A stretch of DNA of 64,000 bases from an uncultured Candidatus Saccharibacteria bacterium (GCA_964513645.1 CAZENF010000001.1:71303-135302); one strand, 5' to 3'. Shown: positions 1-10,730, numbered from the stretch's first letter. Made by a program: numbers and translations. Notes: generated from the sequence alone by a model not told the origin.

Positions 1-99
1 TCTTCGACCAAATTGTTTTTTAAAGTTTTCAAACAAAGCCGAAGAAGTGGAGGATTTTTAAAATTTATGATTATTATTGAAAGCATTATTGTAGTTATC

Positions 100-1164
100 T
101 TATTTAACTATATCCTGAAAGAATTTTTTTATTTCCTGAAGATTGCCGGATTTGGGTGTCAAAATGTACATATCATTGAACCGGCCTTCGGCCAGAAGAT
201 TTTCCGTTGAAAGAACGTATTTTTTTATGCTGTTCGCGTTCTTGAACTGATTAGACAAATTGATCAGGTTACCAATATCCCAGACATTCAAGTCAGTGTT
301 GATATTGGTTCTGACGGTATTAAGCACGCCTAAGGTCCTGATCGGGTCCGAAAGAATATTTAAGGCAGAGATCTTATCTTTTACCGCCATAACTATCTGC
401 TGTTGGCGGGCGGCCCGGTCAAAGTCATTCGAAGAATATCTCGAGCGGGCATAATAAAGAGCCTGGTCTGAATTTAAATGATTCAATCCGGCTGGTAAAG
501 AGAAAGTATAGCCCCACTGCTGGGTTTCGGAGAAAGGTTTATCCAAGGTCACATCGACCCCGCCCAACTGGTTGATTATCGATTTGAACGCCGAAAAATC
601 TACGACCACAGCACTGTCGATGTAAACTCCGGTTATCCTTGAAAAAAGTTTTTTAACAAACGTCAGACCATCATTTCTTGCCAGGCCGACCTGATAAGCG
701 GTATTGATCTTGTCTTTTTTGGTGCCGTAAATTTTTAAGTAAAGGTCACGAGGAATTGAGACCATCGAAGTTTTACCCGTATCCTGGTTATAACTGATAA
801 GGATTATTGTATCTGTCAGCAAGGGTCCGGTATCGACCGGGTCCGGCTGATCAAGACCGCGCATACCCAGCACCAAGAGATCCCATCTTCCGTCATCCGC
901 CTTAGGCATCGCATAATCAGGATCTTTTTCTATCGGAGGTTCTTTAGGCTCGGGCTGTCCTGAAAAATTAAAAATATTTGCCAGACCGTTCCAGATACTG
1001 TCCTGTTTTTGACCGGTATTGGCAACTGTTATGGAATGACTGCCTAACTCTGATCTGGGAACCAGATATATTATCGCCACTGCCGTCAAAACAAAAAACA
1101 GGACGCCTATATAGCGCTTTTTATCCGGTGAAGGTGTCTGGTTGAAAATCGGCTGTTGTTCCAT
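100..1164 (-). CDS. LytR-CpsA-Psr (LCP) family cell-envelope polymer transferase
   Basis: 354 aa with an N-terminal TM anchor and a central LCP-like core (ILISYNQDTGKTSMVSIPRDLYL...). It sits first in a glycosyltransferase cluster. Confidence 0.7.
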   Translation of the reverse strand: MEQQPIFNQTPSPDKKRYIGVLFFVLTAVAIIYLVPRSELGSHSITVANTGQKQDSIWNGLANIFNFSGQPEPKEPPIEKDPDYAMPKADDGRWDLLVLGMRGLDQPDPVDTGPLLTDTIILISYNQDTGKTSMVSIPRDLYLKIYGTKKDKINTAYQVGLARNDGLTFVKKLFSRITGVYIDSAVVVDFSAFKSIINQLGGVDVTLDKPFSETQQWGYTFSLPAGLNHLNSDQALYYARSRYSSNDFDRAARQQQIVMAVKDKISALNILSDPIRTLGVLNTVRTNINTDLNVWDIGNLINLSNQFKNANSIKKYVLSTENLLAEGRFNDMYILTPKSGNLQEIKKFFQDIVK

Positions 1165-2234
1165 TAATCAAAAAACCTGCTTATCTCCTCCGAAGACGCG
1201 ACCGCCTTTCCCATAATTATACTACGTTCTTTGAACATCTTGGGTGCGCCTTTTATAAACTCGGGGATCTCGAGTAAAACTTTGGGTTCAAAAATAAGCA
1301 GATAACCGAGCATTGAAATTTCCCTTTTGAGGAGATAAGGCAAATCTTTCAGAATATTGATTATATAATCATTTTTAATGATTGTAAAGCGGATATTTTT
1401 CCATTCGAGCTGTCTTTTTCTCAAAGGTATCGCGCGTCGAATAGCCAAGAAGTCGCTTAAATTTTTCTTCAATTTCTTAGTTGTCTGCCGATCATGCCAG
1501 GCAATTACCGAAGGTGCAAAAACCTGTTTCCAGCCGTAAAGCGTCATCCGCCAGGCAAAATCAAGATCATCTCCGTACCAGAAATATTCATTATCTATGA
1601 ACCGGCCATTAACCCTGCAATCATCAATCGCCTCTTTTCTTAAAAACGGAGCAGCGCCTTCAACTCCGAATATTTCTTTCAAATTATCATACTGACCCTT
1701 ATCCTCCTCACCGTGACCGATATTGATCACCCGGCGTGAATGGAATACCTTGAAACCACACGTATCCAAGACATTTGTTAATTGGGTTTTGTCATTTGAT
1801 ATTTCAAACCTATATATTTTAGCCTCGAGAGCACCTATCTTGGCATCTTTCTCCATTATCTCAACCGAGTTTTTAATAAAATCTTTATCCAAAATGACGT
1901 CTACGGCCATAGTTAGGACGTATTTTCCGGACGAATGTTTCAAGAGCTCCTCCTGTCCCGGCCACATACCCAGATTTTGCCTGCCTTCGATAAAATTAAA
2001 AGCGGCAAAATTGGAATCTCCAATCTCCCCGGCCTCGCCAAAGGCTTGCCGAGGGCGGGCCAATTTCCAATTTCCAATTAAAGACTTTGTCTTGTCCGTT
2101 GAACCGTTGTCCAGAATATTTAACTCGATAAATTCATGCGGATATGTCTGGGCCAAAATCCCAGCCAAACAATGGCGAATGTATTTTTCACCGTTAAGGA
2201 CAACGAGGTTAATTGATACTTTACCGTCGGACAT
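1164..2234 (-). CDS. family 2 glycosyltransferase
   Basis: N-terminal GT-A motif (VSINLVVLNGEKYIRHCLAGILAQTYP ... DNGSTD), 356 aa. It contains a TTCCAAT heptamer repeat. Confidence 0.8.
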   Translation of the reverse strand: MSDGKVSINLVVLNGEKYIRHCLAGILAQTYPHEFIELNILDNGSTDKTKSLIGNWKLARPRQAFGEAGEIGDSNFAAFNFIEGRQNLGMWPGQEELLKHSSGKYVLTMAVDVILDKDFIKNSVEIMEKDAKIGALEAKIYRFEISNDKTQLTNVLDTCGFKVFHSRRVINIGHGEEDKGQYDNLKEIFGVEGAAPFLRKEAIDDCRVNGRFIDNEYFWYGDDLDFAWRMTLYGWKQVFAPSVIAWHDRQTTKKLKKNLSDFLAIRRAIPLRKRQLEWKNIRFTIIKNDYIINILKDLPYLLKREISMLGYLLIFEPKVLLEIPEFIKGAPKMFKERSIIMGKAVASSEEISRFFD

Positions 2235-3786
2235 TATTTTTATCTTTATTCACAAAAATCAAAGAGATAACCGTTACAAAAAGTAAAAATGAACGCTCGT
2301 CAAAAAGCGCCACATCCGTCAGACAATAAAGCAAAACCCAGGGAACAAAAATTAATATCCCGGCAAAATATACAGATAGAAAAGAGTCTTTTTCTGTTGT
2401 GAAATTTATATATGCTTTTTTCAATAATAACCACAAAAACCATAAAGAAACGATAAGCGCCAGGATTCCCATCTCGGCCGCAATGTGCAGATAAATATTA
2501 TGCGCAGATGAGCCGGCTTTGGATAGTTCCAGATTCTGATTCAGAACAACAGGAAAATTTCCGATTCCAACTCCGAGAACAGGATGTTTGATAATAGATT
2601 TTAGACTCGCTTTCCATATCAGTACCCTTTGGGCATTCGAGGTCTCACCGAAATCAACAATTGATTTGATGCGGTTGCCCAACAGTCCCCAGTCTCCTTT
2701 TGAAAGCAAGAATTGAGGAGAAATAAATATCGGATAAGCAACCGCAAAAAGCATGAAGAAAATTATCAGATATAAGGAAACATATTTAAAAATATTTTTA
2801 TGTCGGATATCGGTTTTACATTCATTCAAAAGATAAATTATCCCGCCGATAAAAAGCAGAACTCCCGCGCCAGCGGCCCAAATTCCTCTGGTTCCGGTCA
2901 GAATTGCGATCAGAAATATCGCCGGTATCCAGAGAACGAACATCTTTGCCCGGATCTTTATCATTTTTTTCAGATTATCGGCCGATTCAGCGACCTTATA
3001 CAATGACATCGCAAAAACCGAGACCAATCCCAACAATATGAATTGCGGGAAAGAATGTGAATCCGGGAATAGAGAAAAAACTCTCAACGATAACTGTGGA
3101 CCGTAATACGCCAGCCAGGTATTTCCGACATGAACTGCAATATAACACCATTCCGAACCAAATTGTCTGCACTGTATCCCCTCACCCCACAAACGCATGA
3201 ACTGATAAACATCAATAAAATAAGTTGAAATAACCTGGATAAAACCGACTATGGTTACGACAATAACCGGAATGGAAATGCTCCGGATAAGTCTTTTGGT
3301 AAATTCGATATTTTTAGCCGACAGATCGTGAACAACAAATCCTATCAGAGAAAGATTCACAAAATAAATTATTCTTTTTAGCGCAGTTCCTTTATCACCG
3401 GCAACTATAACAGACATTATGGCGAGCAAAAGCAATGCCATCAGGACAACCGAGGGTTTTTTGTAATTAATACCTTTGAACCATTTTAAAATACTTGAAA
3501 CCCGGTAATTAAGGCCTCCGGCAAAAAACCATTTTAAAAATATAACGACTGATAAAATTCTCCAGATATTAAAATTATCAAAATTAGCGGTTAGAGGCAG
3601 GGCCAGAAAGAGTGGGATGGACATCACAAAAAATACCGTTCCATCTTCAAGCGAAGCCGATAAGGCATACATCGCCAAAGCAGCTCCCAAATACAAAGCT
3701 GCCATCCGCGGCAAAACACCGGTTATTATCAAAGCAAATAAAACCAACTCCGCACAAAAAAATAAATTAAAAAATTTAAATTTCAT
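2221..3786 (-). CDS. O-antigen ligase / Wzy-like polytopic membrane protein
   Basis: 521 aa, more than 10 predicted TM helices, in a glycan cluster. The start overlaps the upstream GT2 stop. Confidence 0.5.
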   Translation of the reverse strand: MKFKFFNLFFCAELVLFALIITGVLPRMAALYLGAALAMYALSASLEDGTVFFVMSIPLFLALPLTANFDNFNIWRILSVVIFLKWFFAGGLNYRVSSILKWFKGINYKKPSVVLMALLLLAIMSVIVAGDKGTALKRIIYFVNLSLIGFVVHDLSAKNIEFTKRLIRSISIPVIVVTIVGFIQVISTYFIDVYQFMRLWGEGIQCRQFGSEWCYIAVHVGNTWLAYYGPQLSLRVFSLFPDSHSFPQFILLGLVSVFAMSLYKVAESADNLKKMIKIRAKMFVLWIPAIFLIAILTGTRGIWAAGAGVLLFIGGIIYLLNECKTDIRHKNIFKYVSLYLIIFFMLFAVAYPIFISPQFLLSKGDWGLLGNRIKSIVDFGETSNAQRVLIWKASLKSIIKHPVLGVGIGNFPVVLNQNLELSKAGSSAHNIYLHIAAEMGILALIVSLWFLWLLLKKAYINFTTEKDSFLSVYFAGILIFVPWVLLYCLTDVALFDERSFLLFVTVISLIFVNKDKNNVRR

Positions 3787-4303
3787 TATCGATATGTATC
3801 AGGGCCGTCCGGATAGCTTCTTTAGTATATTCCTTCCGGTTCAGGCGTCCTTTGGTCATTATTCCCACCAGACCTTCGGCTGAACCGACTTTTTTATTTT
3901 TGGTCAGTCCGGCTTTAAAAGCGGCGTCATTCATATCCAACCCCTCATCAAGCATATATTGAGTCACTTTTTTAGGCGCTTCCCAGGCCGAGGAAAGGCC
4001 CAAATGAAATTCTTTTCCGTCAAAAATAGCACAAACACAAACATCCATGAATCCGGTCTTGGTCCGAGGAACCTGCATTAGGCCCGACTCTATTCCAAAA
4101 CTATATGAACAGTCTTTAAAGGCATTTTTGGCTCTGCCCATTGCCCCGCTAATAGTTTCATCAAGAGACTTTGGCTGTTCCGCCACTCCGGAAGAAGCGT
4201 CCATACCAGTAACTTCGGCATCCCTAAGATGCTGATAATCTTTCAGTATTTCTTTTAGGGCATCGATTTTTATTAAATTTGTCGAACCTACGTTAATTTT
4301 CAT
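3776..4303 (-). CDS. inosine/xanthosine triphosphatase-like protein (YjjX/DUF84 family)
   Basis: Motifs VGSTNLIKIDAL, SGVAEQP and ETISGAMGRAKNA align with the non-canonical purine NTP phosphatase YjjX. Confidence 0.55.
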   Translation of the reverse strand: MKINVGSTNLIKIDALKEILKDYQHLRDAEVTGMDASSGVAEQPKSLDETISGAMGRAKNAFKDCSYSFGIESGLMQVPRTKTGFMDVCVCAIFDGKEFHLGLSSAWEAPKKVTQYMLDEGLDMNDAAFKAGLTKNKKVGSAEGLVGIMTKGRLNRKEYTKEAIRTALIHIDNEI

Positions 4304-5403
4304 TTGAGTTCTTTAAAAAATTTCCCGGCAAAATTATGCCAGCTGTATTTTCGGGCAAATTCGGGTCCGGATGTTTTTATTTTTTCAATCTTATCTTTGT
4401 CGGTCAAAGTTATTCGGATTGCGTCGGCAATATTTTTCACTTCCGCATCTTTGCTGAAAAAAGCGTATTCGCCGAATATCTCCCGGCTCAAGTCGTTATC
4501 AATTACCAGCGGGGGGGCGCCGAAGGATAAAGCTTCAACCGGAGGTAAGCCGAACGCTTCATTGTCAGATACATACACCAGGGCCTTAGCGCCGGCATAA
4601 AGTTTATCAATTTCCTGTCTTTTTTCAATATAGTCATAATGAATAATACGTTCACTGCCTAACTTTTGGTTCATTTCTTTTATTAACTTTTCAATCACTA
4701 ACGGACTGTATTTATCCCGGCCAACCATTATTAATTTGAGTCCAGGAAATTCAGAAGCGATCTTTTCGAAGGCAAGTATCGTTTCTCTGGCATGCCTCCG
4801 GGGAAACATTTGACCGACATATAAAATATAATTTCCAATTTCCAATCTCCAATTTCCAATTTTTGAAACAGATTCTCCAACCCCCAGATAAGAAACAAAA
4901 ATTCTTGATGGATCAATCCCATATAATTTTACCAGCTCCTTTTTTGAAAATTCCGAAATGGCAAGGATCTTAGTAGATTTAATTGCCGCCCAGTTGGTAA
5001 ATAAGCGGTATGCCAACCGATAACGGAATGGAAGATTTCCGCTTTTATATTCATAAAAAACATCGTTGGTTAGCATTACCACCGATTTTCTCAAATATAG
5101 AGGCGGGAGCATATAAGCCGGGAAGAACATCCAGTCCAAACCGTCTGCCATCGCACGTAATGGCATCAGAATGTGATAAAAAATATTAAAAGAAGGGAAA
5201 CCAAGCACCCGCTTAACAAAAATAGAGTCTTTCAGAACCTCGTCGTCGGGTATATTTTTTTTGAAATACAAATAAAATTTATATTTTCCACGCCATTCGG
5301 GGTTTGCGGCATACTCTTTGAGTAAATTTAAAGTTACCGCGCCGACTCCCCAGCGTGACTTTGGGTCTTCTAAATTTTCACATTCAATTCCTATCTTATA
5401 CAT
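4300..5403 (-). CDS. family 1 (GT4-type) glycosyltransferase
   Basis: C-terminal GT-B signature EAFGLPPVEALSFGAPPLV. It contains a TTCCAAT heptamer repeat encoding IGNWRLEIGN. Confidence 0.8.
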   Translation of the reverse strand: MYKIGIECENLEDPKSRWGVGAVTLNLLKEYAANPEWRGKYKFYLYFKKNIPDDEVLKDSIFVKRVLGFPSFNIFYHILMPLRAMADGLDWMFFPAYMLPPLYLRKSVVMLTNDVFYEYKSGNLPFRYRLAYRLFTNWAAIKSTKILAISEFSKKELVKLYGIDPSRIFVSYLGVGESVSKIGNWRLEIGNYILYVGQMFPRRHARETILAFEKIASEFPGLKLIMVGRDKYSPLVIEKLIKEMNQKLGSERIIHYDYIEKRQEIDKLYAGAKALVYVSDNEAFGLPPVEALSFGAPPLVIDNDLSREIFGEYAFFSKDAEVKNIADAIRITLTDKDKIEKIKTSGPEFARKYSWHNFAGKFFKELK

Positions 5404-6250
5404 TTATTTTGCCCATTCTATTTTTATAAAAATCAACGACTCCGGACAATATCGCGAATGATTCTTCTCTTTTATAATTTAAGATTATTTTTACAAACTG
5501 TTTTTTTATTATCCAAAAACTCCACGGCCAGAGAAATAGTTTGATATGCCATGGCCCATTCTTCCGGTTGAAATACAAAGCATTCCGGAAATGATAACGA
5601 AGAAGCAGAGGACTTCCTAATTTTTTCGTCGTTCCAGAAACCTCATGATAAGCTTTAGGTTTTTCCAAAAAATCAACCGATATTCCTTTGTTTTTTGCTC
5701 TCAAGCAAAAATCAGCATCTTCAAAATATAAAAAATATTTTTCATCCAAAAAACCTATTTTCTCAAAAACATCCTTATGGATAAGCATCCCGCCTCCAAT
5801 AGCATAGCCGTCGACCGGACCCGGATTATAAATATGCCCGAGAGTTGGTTTTAGCCACTCTATTTTACCGGCATAGGCAGTATGTGGCCCTTCATCCAAA
5901 GGTATGCCAAGAATGCCTGTTTTTGAGCCCAAAACTGACCTTAGAGAAGAGATGAAATCCTTTTCTACCCAAGCATCATTATTCAACAATAAAACCCATT
6001 CCGAGCCATTTTTTAAGGCTTCGCGAATCCCGGTATTGTTGCCGCCAGAAAATCCAAAATTTTCTTTATTCTCTACCAAAACTGCTCCAGAACCGATATT
6101 TTTCTTTAAATTATCGAGGTCATTTTTCTCGGAGGAATTATCTACAACAATAACTGAAAAATCATTATCTGTCTGTGCTTTCAATGTTCTTAAAAGATTC
6201 AGAGTACTTTCAGAACCGTTATAATTGATGGTTATGATCGTTAATCGCAT
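5396..6250 (-). CDS. family 2 glycosyltransferase
   Basis: MRLTIITINYNGSESTLNLLRTLKAQTDNDFSVIVVDNSS, a GT2 N-terminal fold. Confidence 0.8.
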   Translation of the reverse strand: MRLTIITINYNGSESTLNLLRTLKAQTDNDFSVIVVDNSSEKNDLDNLKKNIGSGAVLVENKENFGFSGGNNTGIREALKNGSEWVLLLNNDAWVEKDFISSLRSVLGSKTGILGIPLDEGPHTAYAGKIEWLKPTLGHIYNPGPVDGYAIGGGMLIHKDVFEKIGFLDEKYFLYFEDADFCLRAKNKGISVDFLEKPKAYHEVSGTTKKLGSPLLLRYHFRNALYFNRKNGPWHIKLFLWPWSFWIIKKQFVKIILNYKREESFAILSGVVDFYKNRMGKINV

Positions 6251-6281
6251 TATTAAATTTTATTAAAAAAACCGGGCAGAT

Positions 6282-6527
6282 TCAATTGGCCCGGTTAGCT
6301 TTATTTTTTGCCAATTCAGGATATTTTTTAATGTATGCGTCGACCAGTCTTTTTATTGATTCCTTGTCATTATCCTCGACAACTAACATCAATTTTTCTG
6401 ATTGAGGCGGCTCTTCTAACTCAAGCCCGGAATCAGGACAATCCCAAATTTCATTAAAAAATTCCTTACCATTACGTGTTCTAAGGAACAAGCGGCACCG
6501 ATGAACGGTCATATGGACCCAAAACAA
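6282..6527 (-). CDS. hypothetical small protein
   Basis: 81-aa ORF followed by a minus-strand rho-independent terminator hairpin (aaccgggc...gcccggtt plus a U-run at about 6258-6292). Confidence 0.3.
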   Translation of the reverse strand: MFWVHMTVHRCRLFLRTRNGKEFFNEIWDCPDSGLELEEPPQSEKLMLVVEDNDKESIKRLVDAYIKKYPELAKNKANRAN

Positions 6528-6549
6528 AAGTTTTATAAATTATAGTAAC

Positions 6550-7632
6550 TTATAAAGAGTTTGTAAATCTTAAAATTTTATCTTTAAATTCTTTTTTCGA
6601 GAACTTAAGAGTGCTGTTTTTGATAAAAATTGGGTCGTATTTTTCATAATTTTCATTGAGGCGACGAATGCCGTCGGCCAGGGCTTCCGGAATAGCGTCA
6701 TCAAAAAATTCACCGGTCGCGCCTTCAATGACCGTCTCGCAAGCCCCGCCTTTTCGCAAAGCTAAGATCGGCTTGCCATATGACATCGCCTCTACGGACG
6801 TAATACCGAAATCTTCTTCCTGGGGCATTATAAAAGCCCGACAGTTCTGATAATAATACTTGAGTTTCTCATCATCAATAAATCCCAATAATTTAACATT
6901 CCTCGCTATCATTTTTTTAAGCCTGCCTTTCTCGGGCCCTTCACCAATAATGAACAAAGGTAGGTTTAATTTATTAAAAGCTTCGACCACTACATCTATG
7001 TTTTTGTGGGGGTAGAGGCGGGAAACAACGAGATAGTATCCCAAATCATCCAGAGATGATCTGAAATCTCCGGTAAAATTTACCGGAGGATAGATCACTC
7101 GGGAATCTTTTTGATAATATTTTTTAATGCGTTCCTGAACATGTTCCGAAATAGCGACGAATTCTGTTACCCGTTCAGATGCCTGCCGGTCCCAGATACG
7201 CAAAAAATGCTGTGCCAGAGAATAAAGGGCCGGCCTGGATGAGTACCTGAAAGAATCCGCGTGAAGGTCCCAAAGCTGGCGGGTCGGACTGTAGCAGTAG
7301 CAGATATGTTTTGTTTTGGGTTTCAGGACCAAACCTTTGGAAAATATCGCCGAGGAAGAAATGACCAGATCAAAATCTGACATATCAAAAGACTCCACTG
7401 CCGCCGGCATGAGAGGTAAAAGGTATTTATAGTTACGGGTAATCCCGGGTATTTTCTGTAAAAAACTTGTTCTTATAACCGCAGCCGGAAAATATTCTTC
7501 GGTAAATTTTTTATTCTGAAATAAAGTATATATCGGCGCCTCGGGAAATATTTTATGCAATTCCAAAAGCACACGTTCCGCTCCGCTTAAATTATTCATC
7601 CAGTCGTGGACTAAGGCAATTTTCATAAACAA
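6550..7632 (-). CDS. GT4-family glycosyltransferase
   Basis: MKIALVHDWMNNLSGAERVLLEL N-terminus and EDFGITSVEAMSYGKPIL C-terminal motif. Confidence 0.8.
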   Translation of the reverse strand: MFMKIALVHDWMNNLSGAERVLLELHKIFPEAPIYTLFQNKKFTEEYFPAAVIRTSFLQKIPGITRNYKYLLPLMPAAVESFDMSDFDLVISSSAIFSKGLVLKPKTKHICYCYSPTRQLWDLHADSFRYSSRPALYSLAQHFLRIWDRQASERVTEFVAISEHVQERIKKYYQKDSRVIYPPVNFTGDFRSSLDDLGYYLVVSRLYPHKNIDVVVEAFNKLNLPLFIIGEGPEKGRLKKMIARNVKLLGFIDDEKLKYYYQNCRAFIMPQEEDFGITSVEAMSYGKPILALRKGGACETVIEGATGEFFDDAIPEALADGIRRLNENYEKYDPIFIKNSTLKFSKKEFKDKILRFTNSL

Positions 7633-7680
7633 AGTATAAATAAAATATTATTTTTATCAAAATACTGAACTTTACTTCAC

Positions 7681-7709
7681 TTGACTTTATTTATTAATGT
7701 GGTTATTAT
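7681..7709 (+). promoter_or_regulatory. sigma70-like promoter (TTGACT, 17-nt spacer, TATTAT)
   Basis: Read directly at 7681-7709, about 30 nt upstream of the RBS AGAGGTGA and the ATG at 7739. Confidence 0.5.
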
Positions 7710-7738
7710 TAGGAAATCGTTCCTTACTAAGAGGTGAA

Positions 7739-8164
7739 ATGTCGACTTTTCGTGGAAAACCTTTGTGTGAATTAACAGCTGAAGATTTGTGTGATGTTCC
7801 TATTTCGCTCCTTGTTGGGATGTTGAAATTCCATTACTACCACAACGGTGCAAGGAATTTGGTTGATCAAAGAAAACTCGTAGTTGCCGAGGCAAGAAAG
7901 CGCAAGTTCGAACATTGGATATTAAATAATTTTGACCCGCCAAGATGTGATTGCGGTGGTCCAGGTCTTTACATAGTCGGTAAAGTAACATATTGCCGAA
8001 AGTGTAAACCCAAGGCAATTGAACATTTAAAAAAGGCGGTCACCAACCTAAGGGAACTAAGGTCAAAACATATTGATGAAGAGCTTAACGATATCGACAA
8101 AAAACTTCGCCGGAAAAAATCATTAAAAAATAGCGCGAGAAGAATAAATGGTAAAAAATGCTAG
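7739..8164 (+). CDS. hypothetical zinc-ribbon protein
   Basis: Start chosen at MSTFRGKPL behind RBS AGAGGTGA. Cys4 cluster CDCGG...CRKC. Followed by a terminator hairpin (ggcactgat/atcagtgc plus T5) at 8170-8195. Confidence 0.4.
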   Translation: MSTFRGKPLCELTAEDLCDVPISLLVGMLKFHYYHNGARNLVDQRKLVVAEARKRKFEHWILNNFDPPRCDCGGPGLYIVGKVTYCRKCKPKAIEHLKKAVTNLRELRSKHIDEELNDIDKKLRRKKSLKNSARRINGKKC

Positions 8165-8233
8165 TGACTGGCACTGATTAATATCAGTGCTTTTTAATAT
8201 ACGGACTGTCTTTCAATAAATTCAAGACAAAAC

Positions 8234-9235
8234 CTATCTCTTCGCTACCACGTTCTTTTTGTAAACCTCAAGATTCTCAAGAACCGTTCCGGTACCCCGG
8301 GCAACACAAAAAAGCGGGTCATCCGCAATATAGGCCGGGACACCGGTCACACGGGTAATAAGAGTAGCGATATTTTTGAGCATCGCGCCGCCGCCCGAAA
8401 TTGTTATTCCCCTGTCCATTATATCGGCACAGAGTTCGGGCGGAGTTACTTCGAGAACGCTTTTTACTATCTGGACTATTTCACGAAGCTGTTCCGACAA
8501 CGCTTCGGTAATCTCATTTGAACCTATCTCAATGGTCCGAGGATAACCGGTCGCAAGGTCGCGGCCTTTGATGCTTATTTTTTCTTCTTCCGGCTGTTTG
8601 ATGGCGCTGCCGATGGATATTTTCATCTGTTCGGCTGTTCTTTCACCGATCGCGAGACCGTGATTTTTTTTAATATAATCGACGATGGCCTGATCGAGTT
8701 TGTTGCCGCCTATCCTTACCGAATTCCAACTGACAATACCGCCAAGAGAGATCACCGCCAGTTCCGTCGTTCCTCCTCCAATGTTCAATATCATGTTGCC
8801 GGTAGGACTGTTGATGGGAATTTTCGCTCCGATCGCGGCTAAAACCGGCTCCTTAACCAGATAGACTGCTCTCGCTCCGGCATTTAAGGTTGCTTCGGTA
8901 ACCGCTCTTTTTTCAGTTGAAGTTATGCCGGCCGGAACGGATATCAGAACCTCCGGTTTAACAAAACTCATCAGGCCGATACCTTTTTTAATGAAATATT
9001 TAAGCATCGCTCCGGTAACACGATAATCTGCAATCGCGCCGTCAACCAAAGGCCTTGAGACAATGATACTGTCCGGGGTCCGGCCTATCATTTCTTTGGC
9101 TAAGTTTCCGACCGCAAGAAGTTTATTATCCAGAACCGAAATCGCCACCACCGAAGGCTCATTTATGACTATTCCTTTTTTAGGAATAAATACGACTGTG
9201 TTAGTCGTACCTAAGTCTATACCGATCTTTGCCAT
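8234..9235 (-). CDS. mreB: rod-shape determining protein MreB
   Basis: MAKIGIDLGTTNTVV... actin-fold ATPase, 333 aa, strong MreB identity throughout. Confidence 0.9.
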   Translation of the reverse strand: MAKIGIDLGTTNTVVFIPKKGIVINEPSVVAISVLDNKLLAVGNLAKEMIGRTPDSIIVSRPLVDGAIADYRVTGAMLKYFIKKGIGLMSFVKPEVLISVPAGITSTEKRAVTEATLNAGARAVYLVKEPVLAAIGAKIPINSPTGNMILNIGGGTTELAVISLGGIVSWNSVRIGGNKLDQAIVDYIKKNHGLAIGERTAEQMKISIGSAIKQPEEEKISIKGRDLATGYPRTIEIGSNEITEALSEQLREIVQIVKSVLEVTPPELCADIMDRGITISGGGAMLKNIATLITRVTGVPAYIADDPLFCVARGTGTVLENLEVYKKNVVAKR

Positions 9236-9401
9236 TATATATTGCCGGCCGCTCTCGCCTTAAGATTTGGCGAGCAAGCTCTTGGCCAACTTCTTCGTTA
9301 AAATCTCCGCTTGCTCGTCATCATACTTATAGTATGTTTCCTCGCAATGCTCGATTTTGCCTTGAATTTAGCCAAGCCGGCTGCGTTCTAAATTTTTCAG
9401 A

Positions 9402-10712
9402 TTATATTCTTGCAATATCTGCTCCTATTTTTTGCAAACGTTCTTCGATTTTTTCATAACCGCGATCGATCTGATAAACATTTTCTATTACTGAACGCCC
9501 TTTCGCGCATAAAGCGGCGATGATATACGCCATACCTGCCCGGATATCGGGACTTTCTATTTCGCGGCCTCTTAATTCTGCCGGACCCTTTATCTCTATC
9601 CTGTGCGGGTCCAGACTCAAAACATTTCCACCCATTCTTTTTAATTCTTCGGTCCAATTTAATCTGCCTTCATAGACAGTCTCGTGAACGAGAGCCTGCC
9701 CTTCTGCCTGTGTTAATAGCACACATAAAGGTGCTTGTAAATCTGTGGGAAATCCCGGATATTCCCTGGTTCTGATACTGACCGAACTTAATTTTGAAGA
9801 CGAAACAGAGATGGAATTTTTACTTATTTTGAATTTATTACCGGTTTTTTGGAGCAAACTTAGAAGAGAGTCGAGGTGTTCCGGTTCACAATTTTTAACG
9901 GTTATTGGACTTCCCAATAAAGCCCCCAGAATGACAAAACTTCCCGCTTCGATCCTATCAGGTATTGTAGTGTGATTGCCGCCTTTTAAAGTTTTAACTC
10001 CTTGAATAGTCATATTGTGTGTTCCGGCGCCTGATATTTTTGCGCCGCAACGGTTCAAAAACCCGGCCAGACTTTCAACTTCCGGTTCAGAGGCACAATT
10101 TTTAAGTATTGTTGTACCTTCCGCCAAAGAAGCTGCCATCATCATCGCCTCCGTACCTGTAACACTGATACTGCCAAAAACAAATTTAGCACCTTTTAAT
10201 TTTTTGGCACTGACAGAATAATTATTGTTTTTATACCCGACTTTTGCTCCCAAAGCCCGGTATCCGTCTAAAAAAACATCTATTGGCCGCTCACCGATAA
10301 CACAACCCCCGGGATGAGGAAAGTCAACCTTGCCGGTTCTGGCCAAGAGCGGTGCCGTCAAAAGTATCGAAGCCCTTAATTTTTTTGCTATTTCGGGCTG
10401 AATGGACGTATTTATTATTTTATCAGCCCTTATCTTATATTTTGAATCTTCGGGATGTTCTATATTCACCCCCAAATTAGCAATGAGTTCGGACATTCTT
10501 CTGATATCCTCTATTTCAGGGACATTACCTACGCTGACGGTTTTTGAAGTCAATAAAGAAGCGGCGAGAATAACCAACGAATCGTTCTTCGCTCCCTTAA
10601 CTTCAATAGTGCCTTTTAATTTTTTTCCTCCATTGATGATAAATTTAGGCATAACGTTATTAATATTATGGTTTTTAAAACATAAAGACAAGTTAGTTGA
10701 TAAATCCTCCAA
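9402..10712 (-). CDS. murA: UDP-N-acetylglucosamine 1-carboxyvinyltransferase
   Basis: 436 aa. MPKFIINGGKKLKGTIEVKGAKNDSLVILAASLL is a typical MurA N-terminus. Confidence 0.9.
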   Translation of the reverse strand: MEDLSTNLSLCFKNHNINNVMPKFIINGGKKLKGTIEVKGAKNDSLVILAASLLTSKTVSVGNVPEIEDIRRMSELIANLGVNIEHPEDSKYKIRADKIINTSIQPEIAKKLRASILLTAPLLARTGKVDFPHPGGCVIGERPIDVFLDGYRALGAKVGYKNNNYSVSAKKLKGAKFVFGSISVTGTEAMMMAASLAEGTTILKNCASEPEVESLAGFLNRCGAKISGAGTHNMTIQGVKTLKGGNHTTIPDRIEAGSFVILGALLGSPITVKNCEPEHLDSLLSLLQKTGNKFKISKNSISVSSSKLSSVSIRTREYPGFPTDLQAPLCVLLTQAEGQALVHETVYEGRLNWTEELKRMGGNVLSLDPHRIEIKGPAELRGREIESPDIRAGMAYIIAALCAKGRSVIENVYQIDRGYEKIEERLQKIGADIARI

Positions 10713-10730
10713 ACGTGTTATAAATTAACA

